From Lentisphaeria bacterium (GTDB lineage Bacteria > Verrucomicrobiota > Lentisphaeria > Victivallales > UBA1829): a stretch of DNA of 64,000 nucleotides. Below are positions 19,331 through 29,176 of this stretch, one piece after another. Both the position numbers and the translations under genes were made by a program. The stretch covers positions 794-64,793 of the forward strand of contig JAGCTY010000031.1 of NCBI GenBank assembly GCA_017963105.1, written 5' to 3'. Below the pieces are notes generated by a model, which worked only from the letters and a program-made list of their open reading frames with translations, ran no database searches and was not told the DNA's origin. Numbering within the stretch: the first letter of the stretch is position 1; every line of letters starts with the position of its first letter.

Positions 19331-20208
19331 GGACGTTTCTTTCCTTCTTCAAAAAATTCCCTGACATTGGTGATGAACTCCGCCGGATCGTCTTCCATGA
19401 GGAAACGCCCGGCAAGAGGCAGTATGACGACTTTTGCGGACGGGAAATACTCCGTCCATTTCCGCAGCGCGCGCTTCGTGTAGAGCCAGTCCCTGCCGCC
19501 CCACAGGATCAGCGCGCGTTTCCCCCGGAGCTGCCAGATCTCCGTTTCGATCTCGATCATGGACTGCGCCGACTTGTCCTCCGGCGCGCACGGCAGCGAG
19601 TTGATGAACTCCATGAGGGCGCACCGGTCTTCCCGCCGCGGGAACGGCATCAGGTAGGCGTCGCGGACGATCTTCGGGTAGCGCCACGGCGGGCGCAGGA
19701 AGAAATTGAACTTGTTGACGAGGATGTTTCCGAGGATGGGGAGCTTGCAGATGCGGAGGCGGAACGGCAGCGAGAAATCGGAGAACGACATGGCATTCAT
19801 GACGATGAAGGATTCGACACTTTCCGGGTGGCGGGCCGCATAGCCCATGCCGATGGCCGCGCCGCGTCCGTGCATCACGAGCGTGATCTGATCGGTAATT
19901 CCGAGGTGGTTGAGCAGCCGCTCCAGGTGCTCGATATGGTTCTCGATGCGGTAATCGAAGTTCAGGGGCTTGTCCGACTGCCCGAAGCCGAGCTGGTCGT
20001 AGGCGACCACGCGCCGCGTCGTGCGGAATTCCCGGATCACGCTGCGGAACGCGAACGCCGACATCGGGCAGGAATGAATCAGGACCAGCGCGGGGCCGGT
20101 CCCTTCATCGAAATAGCACAGGTTCTGGCCGTCGATTTCCAGGAAATGCGGTTCGAACGGAAACAGATCCCGGAATCTTTCCCGGTCCTGTGCACCTGGG
20201 TCAGACAT
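19327..20208 (-). CDS. Alpha/beta hydrolase of the haloalkane dehalogenase/OleB type, catalytic residues substituted
   Basis: LFPFEPHF, YFDEG.G, DQLGFGQSDKP, ILWG..DW. The canonical HGNP, HDWGG and AGH motifs read HSCP, HGRGA and AGR. Confidence 0.8.
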   Translation of the reverse strand: MSDPGAQDRERFRDLFPFEPHFLEIDGQNLCYFDEGTGPALVLIHSCPMSAFAFRSVIREFRTTRRVVAYDQLGFGQSDKPLNFDYRIENHIEHLERLLNHLGITDQITLVMHGRGAAIGMGYAARHPESVESFIVMNAMSFSDFSLPFRLRICKLPILGNILVNKFNFFLRPPWRYPKIVRDAYLMPFPRREDRCALMEFINSLPCAPEDKSAQSMIEIETEIWQLRGKRALILWGGRDWLYTKRALRKWTEYFPSAKVVILPLAGRFLMEDDPAEFITNVREFFEEGKKRP

Positions 20209-20238
20209 GGCGAACCGACGGCCTTTGCGGATACGGAA

Positions 20239-21408
20239 TCAGTAGCGGTTGCGGGAGCTTCTGCTGCTGCGGCCGTTGTTGTAGTTGTTGTTGCGGCGGT
20301 CCTCACGCTCTCTGCGGCGATCCTCCGCTTCCTGTCTCCGTCTTTCCGCTTCCTCTTCGGCCTTGCGCTTGCGCTCCTCGGCTTCCTGTTTCTTGCGCTC
20401 CTTTTCCTCCTCGGCCTTGCGCTTGCGCTCCTCCTCCTTCTCCTTCTGCTGCTGCCTGTATTCCTCGGCCTTGCGCTTGCGCTCCTCCTCCAGAGCTTTC
20501 TTTTTCTCGGCTTCCTCCGCGGCTTTCTGCTTGGCCGCTTCGGCTTTCGCCCGGGCGGCCTCATCCTTTTCGGAGAGGGCCGCGGTGGAACCGCCCTTCA
20601 GCGCGGCAACGCCGGCGGAGGCGGACGCCTTCGGCGCGTACGAGGAGGACGATGCGGCCGGGACGCCGCCGCCCTTCTGGAATTCAACGGTCATGCCGTC
20701 GGCGGCAAACGAAACGTCCTTGGCGCGGGCGAAGAAGTTCATGACTTCCTCATTGTCGATGAGCGTGGTAAAACCGTCGAGGAAGGTATGCGTGCTCACG
20801 AGGACCGGCAGACGGCCGATGTCGAGGCGTTTGACATCGAGCGACAGCGGCGCCGTCACATCGTTCGAGCCCTCCTCGCGGGAATTGAAGATGAGGTCGC
20901 CGTGGATGGTGTAGATCACCGGCACTTTGTCCTTGAGGGAAATCCACAGGTACACCACGGGCTGGTTCTTTTCCTCGTCGTACACGATCTCGGCGGCCGT
21001 GACCTTGGCGAAGGAATCAAGCTCGGACATCGGAGTTACGACTTTGGCGTTGAACATGCGGGTGAGCTCGGGATAGGTATATTTCACCTTGCCGACCGAA
21101 GTCCCGCTGACGGCGGCGGTGTATTTCTGGTTCGCGCTTGCCTCGGTCACGGCAGGCTCCTCGTACTTGCGGAGGCCGCCGTTGTAGAAAACCACGGCGA
21201 GGAACGCCACGACGACGAGCAGGCCGAACCCGGTGGAAATCGCCTCCTTGATGCGTTTCTTGGCGAGTTTGAGGTTCTTTTCCTTGTTGACGTCCTTCTG
21301 AAGCTTGTTCGGGTCGATCGCATCCATATTCAGCTTTTCGCCGCATTCGCGGCAGAAGATGCTGCCCATCTGGTTCTCGAAGCCGCACTTCTGGCATTTG
21401 ATCATCAT
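20239..21408 (-). CDS. Zn-ribbon membrane protein with a C-terminal charged coiled coil
   Basis: CQKCG..FCRECG, one TM, EEERKRKAEE repeats. Confidence 0.8.
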   Translation of the reverse strand: MMIKCQKCGFENQMGSIFCRECGEKLNMDAIDPNKLQKDVNKEKNLKLAKKRIKEAISTGFGLLVVVAFLAVVFYNGGLRKYEEPAVTEASANQKYTAAVSGTSVGKVKYTYPELTRMFNAKVVTPMSELDSFAKVTAAEIVYDEEKNQPVVYLWISLKDKVPVIYTIHGDLIFNSREEGSNDVTAPLSLDVKRLDIGRLPVLVSTHTFLDGFTTLIDNEEVMNFFARAKDVSFAADGMTVEFQKGGGVPAASSSSYAPKASASAGVAALKGGSTAALSEKDEAARAKAEAAKQKAAEEAEKKKALEEERKRKAEEYRQQQKEKEEERKRKAEEEKERKKQEAEERKRKAEEEAERRRQEAEDRRREREDRRNNNYNNGRSSRSSRNRY

Positions 21409-21549
21409 GGTAGGGGGGCCTTTCTTGTAAAAAAAACGGATAGGGAAGATGTAGTTTGATAATATAGCATTTCAATCATTTTTATCAAGCCGGTTTTCCC
21501 ATCTTTTTCTCTTTTTTTGGAAAAAAGGCGTCTTTCCCGCGCTTTCCAT

Positions 21550-21577
21550 TTGACTATCCGGTTTTCGGATGTATACT
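21550..21577 (+). promoter_or_regulatory. Putative sigma70 promoter of xseB-mutS
   Basis: TTGACT, 16 bp, TATACT. Confidence 0.55.
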
Positions 21578-21627
21578 TTTTGATACGCTTTTTGTTCAGA
21601 TCGTTTTTCAACAGGGAGATCAACACG

Positions 21628-21975
21628 ATGCCGCAGACCGAAAAGGCCCCCGCGCCCGCTCAGGATATGTCGTTCGAGGAAGCCATGGCCAAACTCGAAT
21701 CGCTCGTCCGGTCCATGGAGAACGGCAACACGCGCCTGGAGGACGTGATCGCGTCGTTCGAGGAGGCGAAACGCCTTTCCGTCTACTGCCAGCAGAAGCT
21801 CGAAACGCTCAAGCGCAAGATCGAGATCCTCACGAAGGACGGCCCCGAAGGCCAGACCTGGGCCCCGTTCCAGCCCGAAGCCGACGGCGGCGACACCTTC
21901 ATCCCGCCCGCCCGTGACAACGCGCCGTCCCGCGCGCCGCAGGATGACGACGACTTGGACAACGTTCCCTTCTGA
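21628..21975 (+). CDS. xseB: Exodeoxyribonuclease VII small subunit
   Basis: SFEEAMAKLESLVRSME.G...LE.....FEE...L...C...L; GGGAG RBS before ATG 21628. Confidence 0.9.
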   Translation: MPQTEKAPAPAQDMSFEEAMAKLESLVRSMENGNTRLEDVIASFEEAKRLSVYCQQKLETLKRKIEILTKDGPEGQTWAPFQPEADGGDTFIPPARDNAPSRAPQDDDDLDNVPF

Positions 21976-21995
21976 GGTACAGGCACGCGTCGACC

Positions 21996-24599
21996 ATGAG
22001 CAGACCCCCGAAACAGCGTTCCCCCGAGGACTTCGGCGAGAAGAACATCACGCCGATGATGAAGCAGTACCTTCAGGCGAAGGCGGAATCCCCCGCCGAC
22101 TCCATCCTGCTTTTCCGCGCCGGCGACTTCTACGAGATGTTCTTCGAGGACGCCCTGCGCGCCGCGCCGGTGCTCGACCTGGTGCTGACCCACCGCGCCG
22201 GAAACCCCATGTGCGGCGTTCCGTACCGCGCCGTCGACGCCTACATCCCGAAACTGCTCGACGCCGGGCTGAAAGTTGCCGTGGCGGAGCAGATGGAGGA
22301 CCCGGCGCTCGCGAAGGGCCTGGTCGAACGCGCCATCACCCGCATCATCACACCCGGAACCATCCTCGACGCGTCGTTCCTGAAGCCCGGCGACAACAAT
22401 TTCCTCTGTGCGGTCGTGGCCGAGGACAAGGACGTCTACGGGCTCGCATGGCTCGACATCAGCACCGCCGAATTCCAGACCGAACGCCTCGACACCCGCG
22501 AAGCATTCGAAAGCGAGCTCCAGCGCCTCCAGCCCCGCGAATGCCTCATCCCGCGTTCCCTCCATGAACAGTGGGAGCAGAACTGCGGCCGCCCCATGCT
22601 GATCCGGCCCATCCTCTGGACTCCGCTCGACGACTGGATCTTCTCCTTCGAACACACCTCCGAACTCCTGAAACGCCAGTTCTCCGTTGCCGTGCTCGAC
22701 GGCTTCGGCCTGAAGGACTGTGCGTGCGGCGTCCGCGCCGCCGGAGCCGTGCTGCATTACGCGACCGAAAACCTCCGCCGCAGCACCGGCCACATCGTTT
22801 CCATCCGCCGCAACTACAGCGAAAAATACCTCGGGCTCGACCCCGTCTGCCAGCGCAACCTGGAGCTCGTCGACGCGCTTCACGGCAGCGGCCGCGAGGG
22901 CACGCTTCTGCAGGTCCTCGACCGCACCTCGACCGCCATGGGGTCCCGCCTCATGCGCAGCTGGCTGCTGAAGCCGCTCCGCGACGTCGACGCCATCGTG
23001 GAGCGCCAGGACGTCGTCGGGCTCATGAAAGACGAGGTGCTGACCCGGCAGGAGATCCGCGAAACGCTCGTTTCCATCCGCGACATGGAGCGCCTCACCG
23101 CCAAGCTCAACGCGGGCGCGCTCAACCCCCGCGACCTGCTCGCGCTCGGACACAGCCTCTCCGTCCTGCCCGGCCTGAAGATGATCCTGAACGCCTACGA
23201 CCTGCCGCTCGTCGAACGCATCCGCGACGGCCTGGGCGACTTTCCCGAACTCACCTCGCGCATCTTCGCCGCACTCGCCGACGATCCCCCGGCGGACATG
23301 GCGGAGGGCGGATTCATCCGCGAGGGCTTCAACCACGACCTCGACGTCTTCCGCTCCGCCATCACCGACGGCAAGTCCTGGATCGCCGCGCTTCAGGCGA
23401 AGGAGCAGGAGCGCACCGGCATCAAGAGCCTGAAGGTGCATTTCAACGGCGTCTTCGGCTACTACATCGAAATCTCGAAGAGCAACCTCGCGCGCGTCCC
23501 CGACGACTACGTCCGCAAGCAGACGCTCGTGAACGCCGAACGCTTCATCACGCCCGAGCTCAAGGAGATGGAAAGCAAGATTCTCGGCGCGTCCGACAAG
23601 GCCGTCGCACTCGAAAAACAGCTCTTCGAGGAGCTCCGCACCTACGCGCGCACCTTCACCGGCAAAATCCAGAAGGCCGCGTTCTCCGTCGCACGCCTCG
23701 ACGTCCTGGCCGCCCTCGGCGAATGCGCCTCCAAATACCGTTACTGCCGCCCGCACGTCGCGGACGACGACGTCCTCAGCATCACCGCCGGACGCCACCC
23801 CGTGCTCGACGCGAAGATGGAGAGCGAACGCTTCGTGCCGAACGACACGCTCCTCGACGGCGGCGAAAACCGCATGATGATCATCACCGGGCCGAACATG
23901 GCGGGGAAATCCACCTACATCCGCCAGACCGCACTCCTCGTCATCATGGCGCAGATGGGGTCCTTCATCCCCGCCGACGAGGCGCACATCGGGCTCGTGG
24001 ACCGCGTGTTCACCCGCGTCGGGGCCATGGACGACCTCGCGCGCGGCCAGAGCACGTTCATGGTCGAAATGATCGAGACCGCGAACATCCTGAACCACGC
24101 CACCAGCAGGAGCCTCGTGATCCTCGACGAGATCGGACGCGGCACCAGCACGTTCGACGGACTCTCCATCGCGCTCTCCGTCGCCGAATACCTCCTCGAC
24201 CACCCCGCCGCGCGCGCCCGCACCCAGTTCGCCACGCACTACCACGAGATGACCGAGCTCGCCCTCACGCGCAAGGGCGTGAAGAACTACAACGTCGCGG
24301 TCCGCGAATACGGCGACCAGATCATCTTCCTGCGCCAGATCGTCCCCGGAGCCGCCGACAAGAGCTACGGCATCCACGTCGCCAAGCTCGCCGGGCTCCC
24401 GAACGACGTGATCGTCCGCGCCCGCGAAATCCTCGAAAACCTCGAGGAAAACGCCATCGCCGACGCCGGCATTCCGTCCTACACGCGCCCCATCCTCCGC
24501 GAACGCCACGCAAAGTTCCACACGAACGCGAAGAAGACGCGCAAAGCCGCCGCCCCGGAAAACGAAGACGACGAGCCCGAACAGCCCACGCTCTTCTGA
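21996..24599 (+). CDS. mutS: DNA mismatch repair protein MutS
   Basis: TPMMKQY, GDFYEMF, TGPNMAGKSTY, DEIGRGTST, ATHYHE, SYGIHVA. Confidence 0.98.
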   Translation: MSRPPKQRSPEDFGEKNITPMMKQYLQAKAESPADSILLFRAGDFYEMFFEDALRAAPVLDLVLTHRAGNPMCGVPYRAVDAYIPKLLDAGLKVAVAEQMEDPALAKGLVERAITRIITPGTILDASFLKPGDNNFLCAVVAEDKDVYGLAWLDISTAEFQTERLDTREAFESELQRLQPRECLIPRSLHEQWEQNCGRPMLIRPILWTPLDDWIFSFEHTSELLKRQFSVAVLDGFGLKDCACGVRAAGAVLHYATENLRRSTGHIVSIRRNYSEKYLGLDPVCQRNLELVDALHGSGREGTLLQVLDRTSTAMGSRLMRSWLLKPLRDVDAIVERQDVVGLMKDEVLTRQEIRETLVSIRDMERLTAKLNAGALNPRDLLALGHSLSVLPGLKMILNAYDLPLVERIRDGLGDFPELTSRIFAALADDPPADMAEGGFIREGFNHDLDVFRSAITDGKSWIAALQAKEQERTGIKSLKVHFNGVFGYYIEISKSNLARVPDDYVRKQTLVNAERFITPELKEMESKILGASDKAVALEKQLFEELRTYARTFTGKIQKAAFSVARLDVLAALGECASKYRYCRPHVADDDVLSITAGRHPVLDAKMESERFVPNDTLLDGGENRMMIITGPNMAGKSTYIRQTALLVIMAQMGSFIPADEAHIGLVDRVFTRVGAMDDLARGQSTFMVEMIETANILNHATSRSLVILDEIGRGTSTFDGLSIALSVAEYLLDHPAARARTQFATHYHEMTELALTRKGVKNYNVAVREYGDQIIFLRQIVPGAADKSYGIHVAKLAGLPNDVIVRAREILENLEENAIADAGIPSYTRPILRERHAKFHTNAKKTRKAAAPENEDDEPEQPTLF

Positions 24600-24755
24600 C
24601 GGTTTTCTCCGAAGACAAGGGCGGCGAACCCGGACAGCCCGCGCTCTTCTGTTTTTTTTAACAAAAAGTCTTCTTTTCCTTGATTTCACGCCGTTTGAAT
24701 GGTATTATATATTCGGAACCTGAGAAAACGCAAACTCTATGTGAGGAGATATGAT

Positions 24756-25640
24756 ATGAAACTCAGATTAATCCCGACTTTGTTCGTGTTTTGCTTTGCA
24801 CTGTCCCTGGCGACCGCGATCCCTGCATTTGCGGACGTCAGTGTGCTGGAAGTCATTGACGTGACGAGGGACGGAATCCAGGAAACCGGGCTCCCCGAGA
24901 TCAACGATCAGAACATCAACGGCATTCCGGATGAATGGGAGAAGGAGTTCAAACTCTCTCCCGGGCAGACGGCCGCCGATTCCGACCAGGATTCCGACGG
25001 CTTCACGCTGATTCAGGAGTACGAGGCAAAGACGGACCCCACCGATCCGAAGAGCCATCCGAAGTACATCACTCAAGTATTCGTCTCCGCGATCAGCCGG
25101 CAGCGCATCACCGGGCTTGAACTCGTCTCCGTCGAAATGAAAAAAAGCGACAAAAAGGATTGGATCGCAGACTTCGCCGTAATCAGAAACAACAGAAAAC
25201 GCAATGAGTTCGTCCGCATGAACGTCGGCACGTTCAAAAACAACGACGTCGAGTTCCGCCTTCTCGATCTTGAGGTGGACGAGAAGACGAAGGAACCTGT
25301 GGCCTACATCCAGCGCGTCGGCAGGGACGAGCGCATCCCCTGCCGGGTCAAGCAGCCGGTCTATGACCCTCTGATCCGCGTGAGATTTCAGGATGCCCTT
25401 GCCGACCGCACGTTCATCGTGTCCACCACCGAAGCCGAATTCAAGCTCGGCACGGCTAAGACGGGAGAGGAAACGTACAAGCTGGTCTCCGCCGACGTCA
25501 GCAACATGGAAGCCGTCGTGAAGTCCGTCGGGGAAAAACCCGAAACGGTCACGATCCGGCGCCTCCCCAGGCCGAATCCCGACGTCGTCACCGGAGACGA
25601 CAGCGATGATCGGGGAGCGTCTGGTGAAAAATCGGAATGA
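24756..25640 (+). CDS. Secreted protein resembling Amuc_1099-family pilus-system proteins (TSP3-like Ca-binding repeat)
   Basis: Signal peptide; NGIPDEWE...DQDSDGFTLIQEYEAKTDPTDPKSHP. Confidence 0.6.
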   Translation: MKLRLIPTLFVFCFALSLATAIPAFADVSVLEVIDVTRDGIQETGLPEINDQNINGIPDEWEKEFKLSPGQTAADSDQDSDGFTLIQEYEAKTDPTDPKSHPKYITQVFVSAISRQRITGLELVSVEMKKSDKKDWIADFAVIRNNRKRNEFVRMNVGTFKNNDVEFRLLDLEVDEKTKEPVAYIQRVGRDERIPCRVKQPVYDPLIRVRFQDALADRTFIVSTTEAEFKLGTAKTGEETYKLVSADVSNMEAVVKSVGEKPETVTIRRLPRPNPDVVTGDDSDDRGASGEKSE

Positions 25641-25757
25641 CGCCGCAATCCGTTTCCTCTACCGCACGCTGTTCTGACGCAAACGCCCGCCGGAAAAGGG
25701 CGGGGAAAATAGGAAAAAAACACTGATTTAGTTTTTTTTATAACCTTTGTTTTTTCC

Positions 25758-25786
25758 TTGACTTTGCCCTGCCTGCATGGTATATT
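25758..25786 (+). promoter_or_regulatory. Putative sigma70 promoter
   Basis: TTGACT, 17 bp, TATATT, with an extended -10 TG. Confidence 0.6.
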
Positions 25787-25860
25787 GTTTCGTCGAAGCA
25801 GTTGTTGCAAAAAATGCAACAGCTCGATCGACGAGTTTCCCCGGAGGACATGAAGACAAA

Positions 25861-26541
25861 ATGAAGAACACGGACATCACGAAGCCTTTACGATTCTTGG
25901 AGGACCATATTGCCGTCATCCTGGCGGTTTTCTGTCCCGCCTGGGTTGGCATCTTCCTCGTTCTGATGATTGGCCTGCCTCTGCTTCCGGAGAAGATCGC
26001 CAGAAAAGTGTCGCCGGAACCGCTGCACATTATGCTCGCGGTCCTGGGATCTCTGGTCATCTGTGTGCTCATCGCGATCCTGCGAATGGTCCGGGATGTC
26101 AAGGCTGGGAAACCGAAGCAAATTCTCATCTATCCGCTTCTTATTGCACTGGACATCTTTTTCATGCTTTACGTTCTTAATCTGTACGTAGCGCTCCAAT
26201 TGAAACAGGACAACGCAAACACGTCGGGGAACTTGTCTCATATATCAAAACGACTGTTCATGTATGAGATGGAACACGGGAGCTATCCGCCTCAGCAGGA
26301 TATGCGTTCCCTGCTGGAGACGCTGGGGATGAACGAAAGCGATTTCAGCAAAACCCGGTTCTATGATCTCTATTCCGCGGAATATCATGCTCCGGCCGTT
26401 GGTTCGTCTGATGAAACGATCATAACAATACGCACTAAATGGTTTATTCCTGAAAGCGATGCCCAGCTGCGGTTTTTGAGAAGAGACGGATCCGTTGGCA
26501 TCGAACGCCTGAAAGACATCCGTGAAGGAGCGGCAAAATGA
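25861..26541 (+). CDS. Membrane protein with pseudopilin-like domain, paralog 1
   Basis: 3 TMs, then NL..I...LFMY..EHGSYPPQQDMRSLLETLG; GGAGG upstream of ATG 25861. Confidence 0.7.
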   Translation: MKNTDITKPLRFLEDHIAVILAVFCPAWVGIFLVLMIGLPLLPEKIARKVSPEPLHIMLAVLGSLVICVLIAILRMVRDVKAGKPKQILIYPLLIALDIFFMLYVLNLYVALQLKQDNANTSGNLSHISKRLFMYEMEHGSYPPQQDMRSLLETLGMNESDFSKTRFYDLYSAEYHAPAVGSSDETIITIRTKWFIPESDAQLRFLRRDGSVGIERLKDIREGAAK

Positions 26542-27293
26542 AGAACAATATCCTGACGAAAACGTTTTGTTTTCTGGAGGACCATATTGTCCTCATCCTG
26601 GGGCTTTTCTTCCCCGCCTGGTTCGGCATATTATACCTGTCAGCCTTCCTGCTGACGATGATCCTGCGGAAGCTTCCGAGAGAAACAGCCGACATGCTGA
26701 CGCCTCACCCGATGAATGTTCTGTTCGTGATCCTGGGATCTCTGGTCATCTGTGTGCTCATCGCGATATGCCGGATGATCCGGGATATCAGGGAGAGGAA
26801 ACCGAAGCAAATCCTCGTCTGTCTGATTCTGATTGCAATGGACATTCTTATCCTGTTATACTTTTTCAACTGGTTCGGAGACGTTCAGTTGAAATCGGAT
26901 AACGCCCTCACGACAGAGAACATGATACGTGTATCAATACGCCTGGAAGCGTACAAGGAGGAACACGGGACTTATCCGCCTCAGCAGGATATGAAGTCCC
27001 TGCTGGAAACGCTGGGGATTAAGAAAAGCGATCTCCGACCGACTTTTTTCTTTGACCTCTATTCCGCGGAATACCATGCCCCGGCCGGGGATTCGAACGA
27101 TCCCGAGGACAGACTGATCACGATGCACGTCAAATGGCATTTGTCCGAAAGCTATGACGACCATCTGCTTTTCCTGAGAAGAGAAGGAACCGTCGGCACC
27201 GAGTACCTGAAAGACAAAACCCCGCCGCCCGTACCGAAGCACGAAAAGGAACGGTCCGCGGCAATACCGGAGCCGAACGATGAAAAACAATGA
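26538..27293 (+). CDS. Membrane protein with pseudopilin-like domain, paralog 2
   Basis: Clear paralog of 25861-26541 (LEDHI, YPPQQDM.SLLETLG, SAEYHAP, LRR.G). Confidence 0.75.
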   Translation: MKNNILTKTFCFLEDHIVLILGLFFPAWFGILYLSAFLLTMILRKLPRETADMLTPHPMNVLFVILGSLVICVLIAICRMIRDIRERKPKQILVCLILIAMDILILLYFFNWFGDVQLKSDNALTTENMIRVSIRLEAYKEEHGTYPPQQDMKSLLETLGIKKSDLRPTFFFDLYSAEYHAPAGDSNDPEDRLITMHVKWHLSESYDDHLLFLRREGTVGTEYLKDKTPPPVPKHEKERSAAIPEPNDEKQ

Positions 27294-27774
27294 CCGCATT
27301 TCCTCCGGGGAGATCCTTGAGAAAAAAGAGAAAAAAGGATGCATGATCGTCGCGGTCGTCCTCGGCTGCATCCTTACCGCCATCGTCGCGGGAGCCGTGT
27401 GGATCGGCCTCGAACTCTGTTTGCATGCGGATGTCGTCGGCACATGGGCCAATATGGGGCAGGTGGATAAAGCTTTGTTCATGTATTCCATGAGCCACGG
27501 GTGTTATCCGCCTCAGCAGGATATGGAATCCCTGCTGGAAACCCTGGGGCTGAAGGACAGCGACTTTCAGAAAGTGTGGTTGACCGACATCAAATCCGCG
27601 GAATACCATGCCCCGCCAGGGGCGGTAAAGGTTCCCGATGTCAGTCAGGATCCGATCCTGACGATTCGCGTCAGACAGCATGTTTTCGGCGGAAATCAAC
27701 TGTATATCTTGCGAAGAGACGGCAGCGGAATCACGGTGAATGAAGCTAGCCTGACGCCCGCGGTCGGATGGTAG
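27280..27774 (+). CDS. Single-TM protein with pseudopilin-like domain, paralog 3
   Basis: Same YPPQQDM.SLLETLG / SAEYHAP / LRRDG core with a different N-terminus. Confidence 0.72.
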   Translation: MKNNDRISSGEILEKKEKKGCMIVAVVLGCILTAIVAGAVWIGLELCLHADVVGTWANMGQVDKALFMYSMSHGCYPPQQDMESLLETLGLKDSDFQKVWLTDIKSAEYHAPPGAVKVPDVSQDPILTIRVRQHVFGGNQLYILRRDGSGITVNEASLTPAVGW

Positions 27775-27817
27775 GTGCGCGTGATGCCCCTGAAATAAGC
27801 GTCCGTGAAGAAATCAC

Positions 27818-27881
27818 GTGCCGTCGCGAAGCAAGGCACTACCCGCCACACTATGTGTGTGCCGTTGCGAAGCAAGGCACT
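27818..27881. repeat. Two REP-like hairpin repeats (GTGCCGTYGCGAAGCAAGGCACT)
   Basis: 23-bp direct repeats at 27818-27840 and 27859-27881, each self-complementary; GTAG flanks the first copy on the minus strand. Confidence 0.7.
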
Positions 27882-28015
27882 GCCGCAGTGGAGGCTCCGC
27901 CTCCCCATTTTTCCGCATCTTTCGGCGGTTCGACTTGATTTTTACCACAATTCATGCTATCTTTATATAATATTTGTCGTTCCATCCCCCAACATCACAA
28001 AAGGAAACACGATCA

Positions 28016-28741
28016 ATGAAATTCAAAATCGGCGACATCATCGCGGTCATCTACTTCGCAGCGTTCGTCTGCCTCGTCTTCTTCTTCCCGCTGGACTACG
28101 GCCCGCACAGAACCGGTACGCTCTCCGGAGAAATCGGGCTCTACTGGAACGGCTTCACGACGGAAGGCATCAAGGCGTTCGGCCGCGTCGTCGGGCATTA
28201 CCCCTACATCTCCGGCTTCCTGAAGGTCGCCCTGCTCGCCACGCTCGGCGAAATGATCAAGGTGCGCGGCAAGACCGGCAGCTGGAAGACCCCCGACCTG
28301 CTCCTGAAGTTCCTCGTCTGGGGCGTGTACGGCATGCTCTTCACCATCGCGTTCGCGCTCTTCGGCAAAGGCATCGCCGCCGTCATGGGCACCCCGGTCT
28401 GGCCGCTCACGTTCGAAAACGACACCGTCCAGAAGATCTGGCAGGGCTTCTCCACCTCCCTGTGGGCGAACCTCATCTTCTGCTTCCCGATGATGCTCAG
28501 CCACGATTACTGGAACACCTGCATCACGAAGAAGCGCTTCCTCGGCGGCGCGGAGTTCCTCGAAGGCATCGACAAACACCTCTGGGGCTCCTACCTGCTG
28601 AAGACCATCGTCGTCTTCTGGATCCCGGCGCACACGATCACGTTCTCGCTCCCGGCGAACTACCAGGTCCTCATGAGCGCGTTCCTCAGCCTCGCCCTCG
28701 GATTCATCCTCACCATCAAGCCCAAAAAGAAAGCCGAGTGA
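28016..28741 (+). CDS. Mpv17/PMP22-like membrane protein
   Basis: Multi-TM; KTIVVFWIPAHTITF.LP..YQVL motif. Confidence 0.65.
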   Translation: MKFKIGDIIAVIYFAAFVCLVFFFPLDYGPHRTGTLSGEIGLYWNGFTTEGIKAFGRVVGHYPYISGFLKVALLATLGEMIKVRGKTGSWKTPDLLLKFLVWGVYGMLFTIAFALFGKGIAAVMGTPVWPLTFENDTVQKIWQGFSTSLWANLIFCFPMMLSHDYWNTCITKKRFLGGAEFLEGIDKHLWGSYLLKTIVVFWIPAHTITFSLPANYQVLMSAFLSLALGFILTIKPKKKAE

Positions 28742-28803
28742 CCGCGTTTTTCCGATCCGGCTTTCCACATCATAATCAACAATCAAACGAAAGGCAAACC
28801 ATC

Positions 28804-29019
28804 ATGAAGAAACTGCTCTTCACGCTCACGATCGCCGCGGCCGCGTTCTGCGCCATGACCTTCACCTCCTGCGAGAAGAAGGAAACCGCCGGCCAGAAGC
28901 TCGACAACGCGATCGACAGCACCAACAAGGCCGCCAGCAACTTCACCAAGAAGGCTGAAGAGGCCGCCCAGGATACCAACGACGCCGTCAGCAAGGCCAT
29001 CAAAGACATCCAGAAGTAA
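28804..29019 (+). CDS. Small lipoprotein
   Basis: MKKLLF...FTSC lipobox, amphipathic helical body. Confidence 0.8.
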   Translation: MKKLLFTLTIAAAAFCAMTFTSCEKKETAGQKLDNAIDSTNKAASNFTKKAEEAAQDTNDAVSKAIKDIQK

Positions 29020-29176
29020 GGGACTGTTCTCAGCTTCTTTCCGAACCCCGTGTGCCGGTCTGATCCCGCGCAAACGGCGTTCGATGCCCCGGTTCCCGCC
29101 ATGCGCGGAGCCGGGGATTATTACGGACGGCAGCCTCCCCGAACAAATATCGGACCGGACAATAAGGACCCCTGCT

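Noticed and set aside
20290-20560. EEERKRKAEE repeats as a mobile or regulatory repeat
   Set aside because: Ordinary charged coiled-coil coding sequence.
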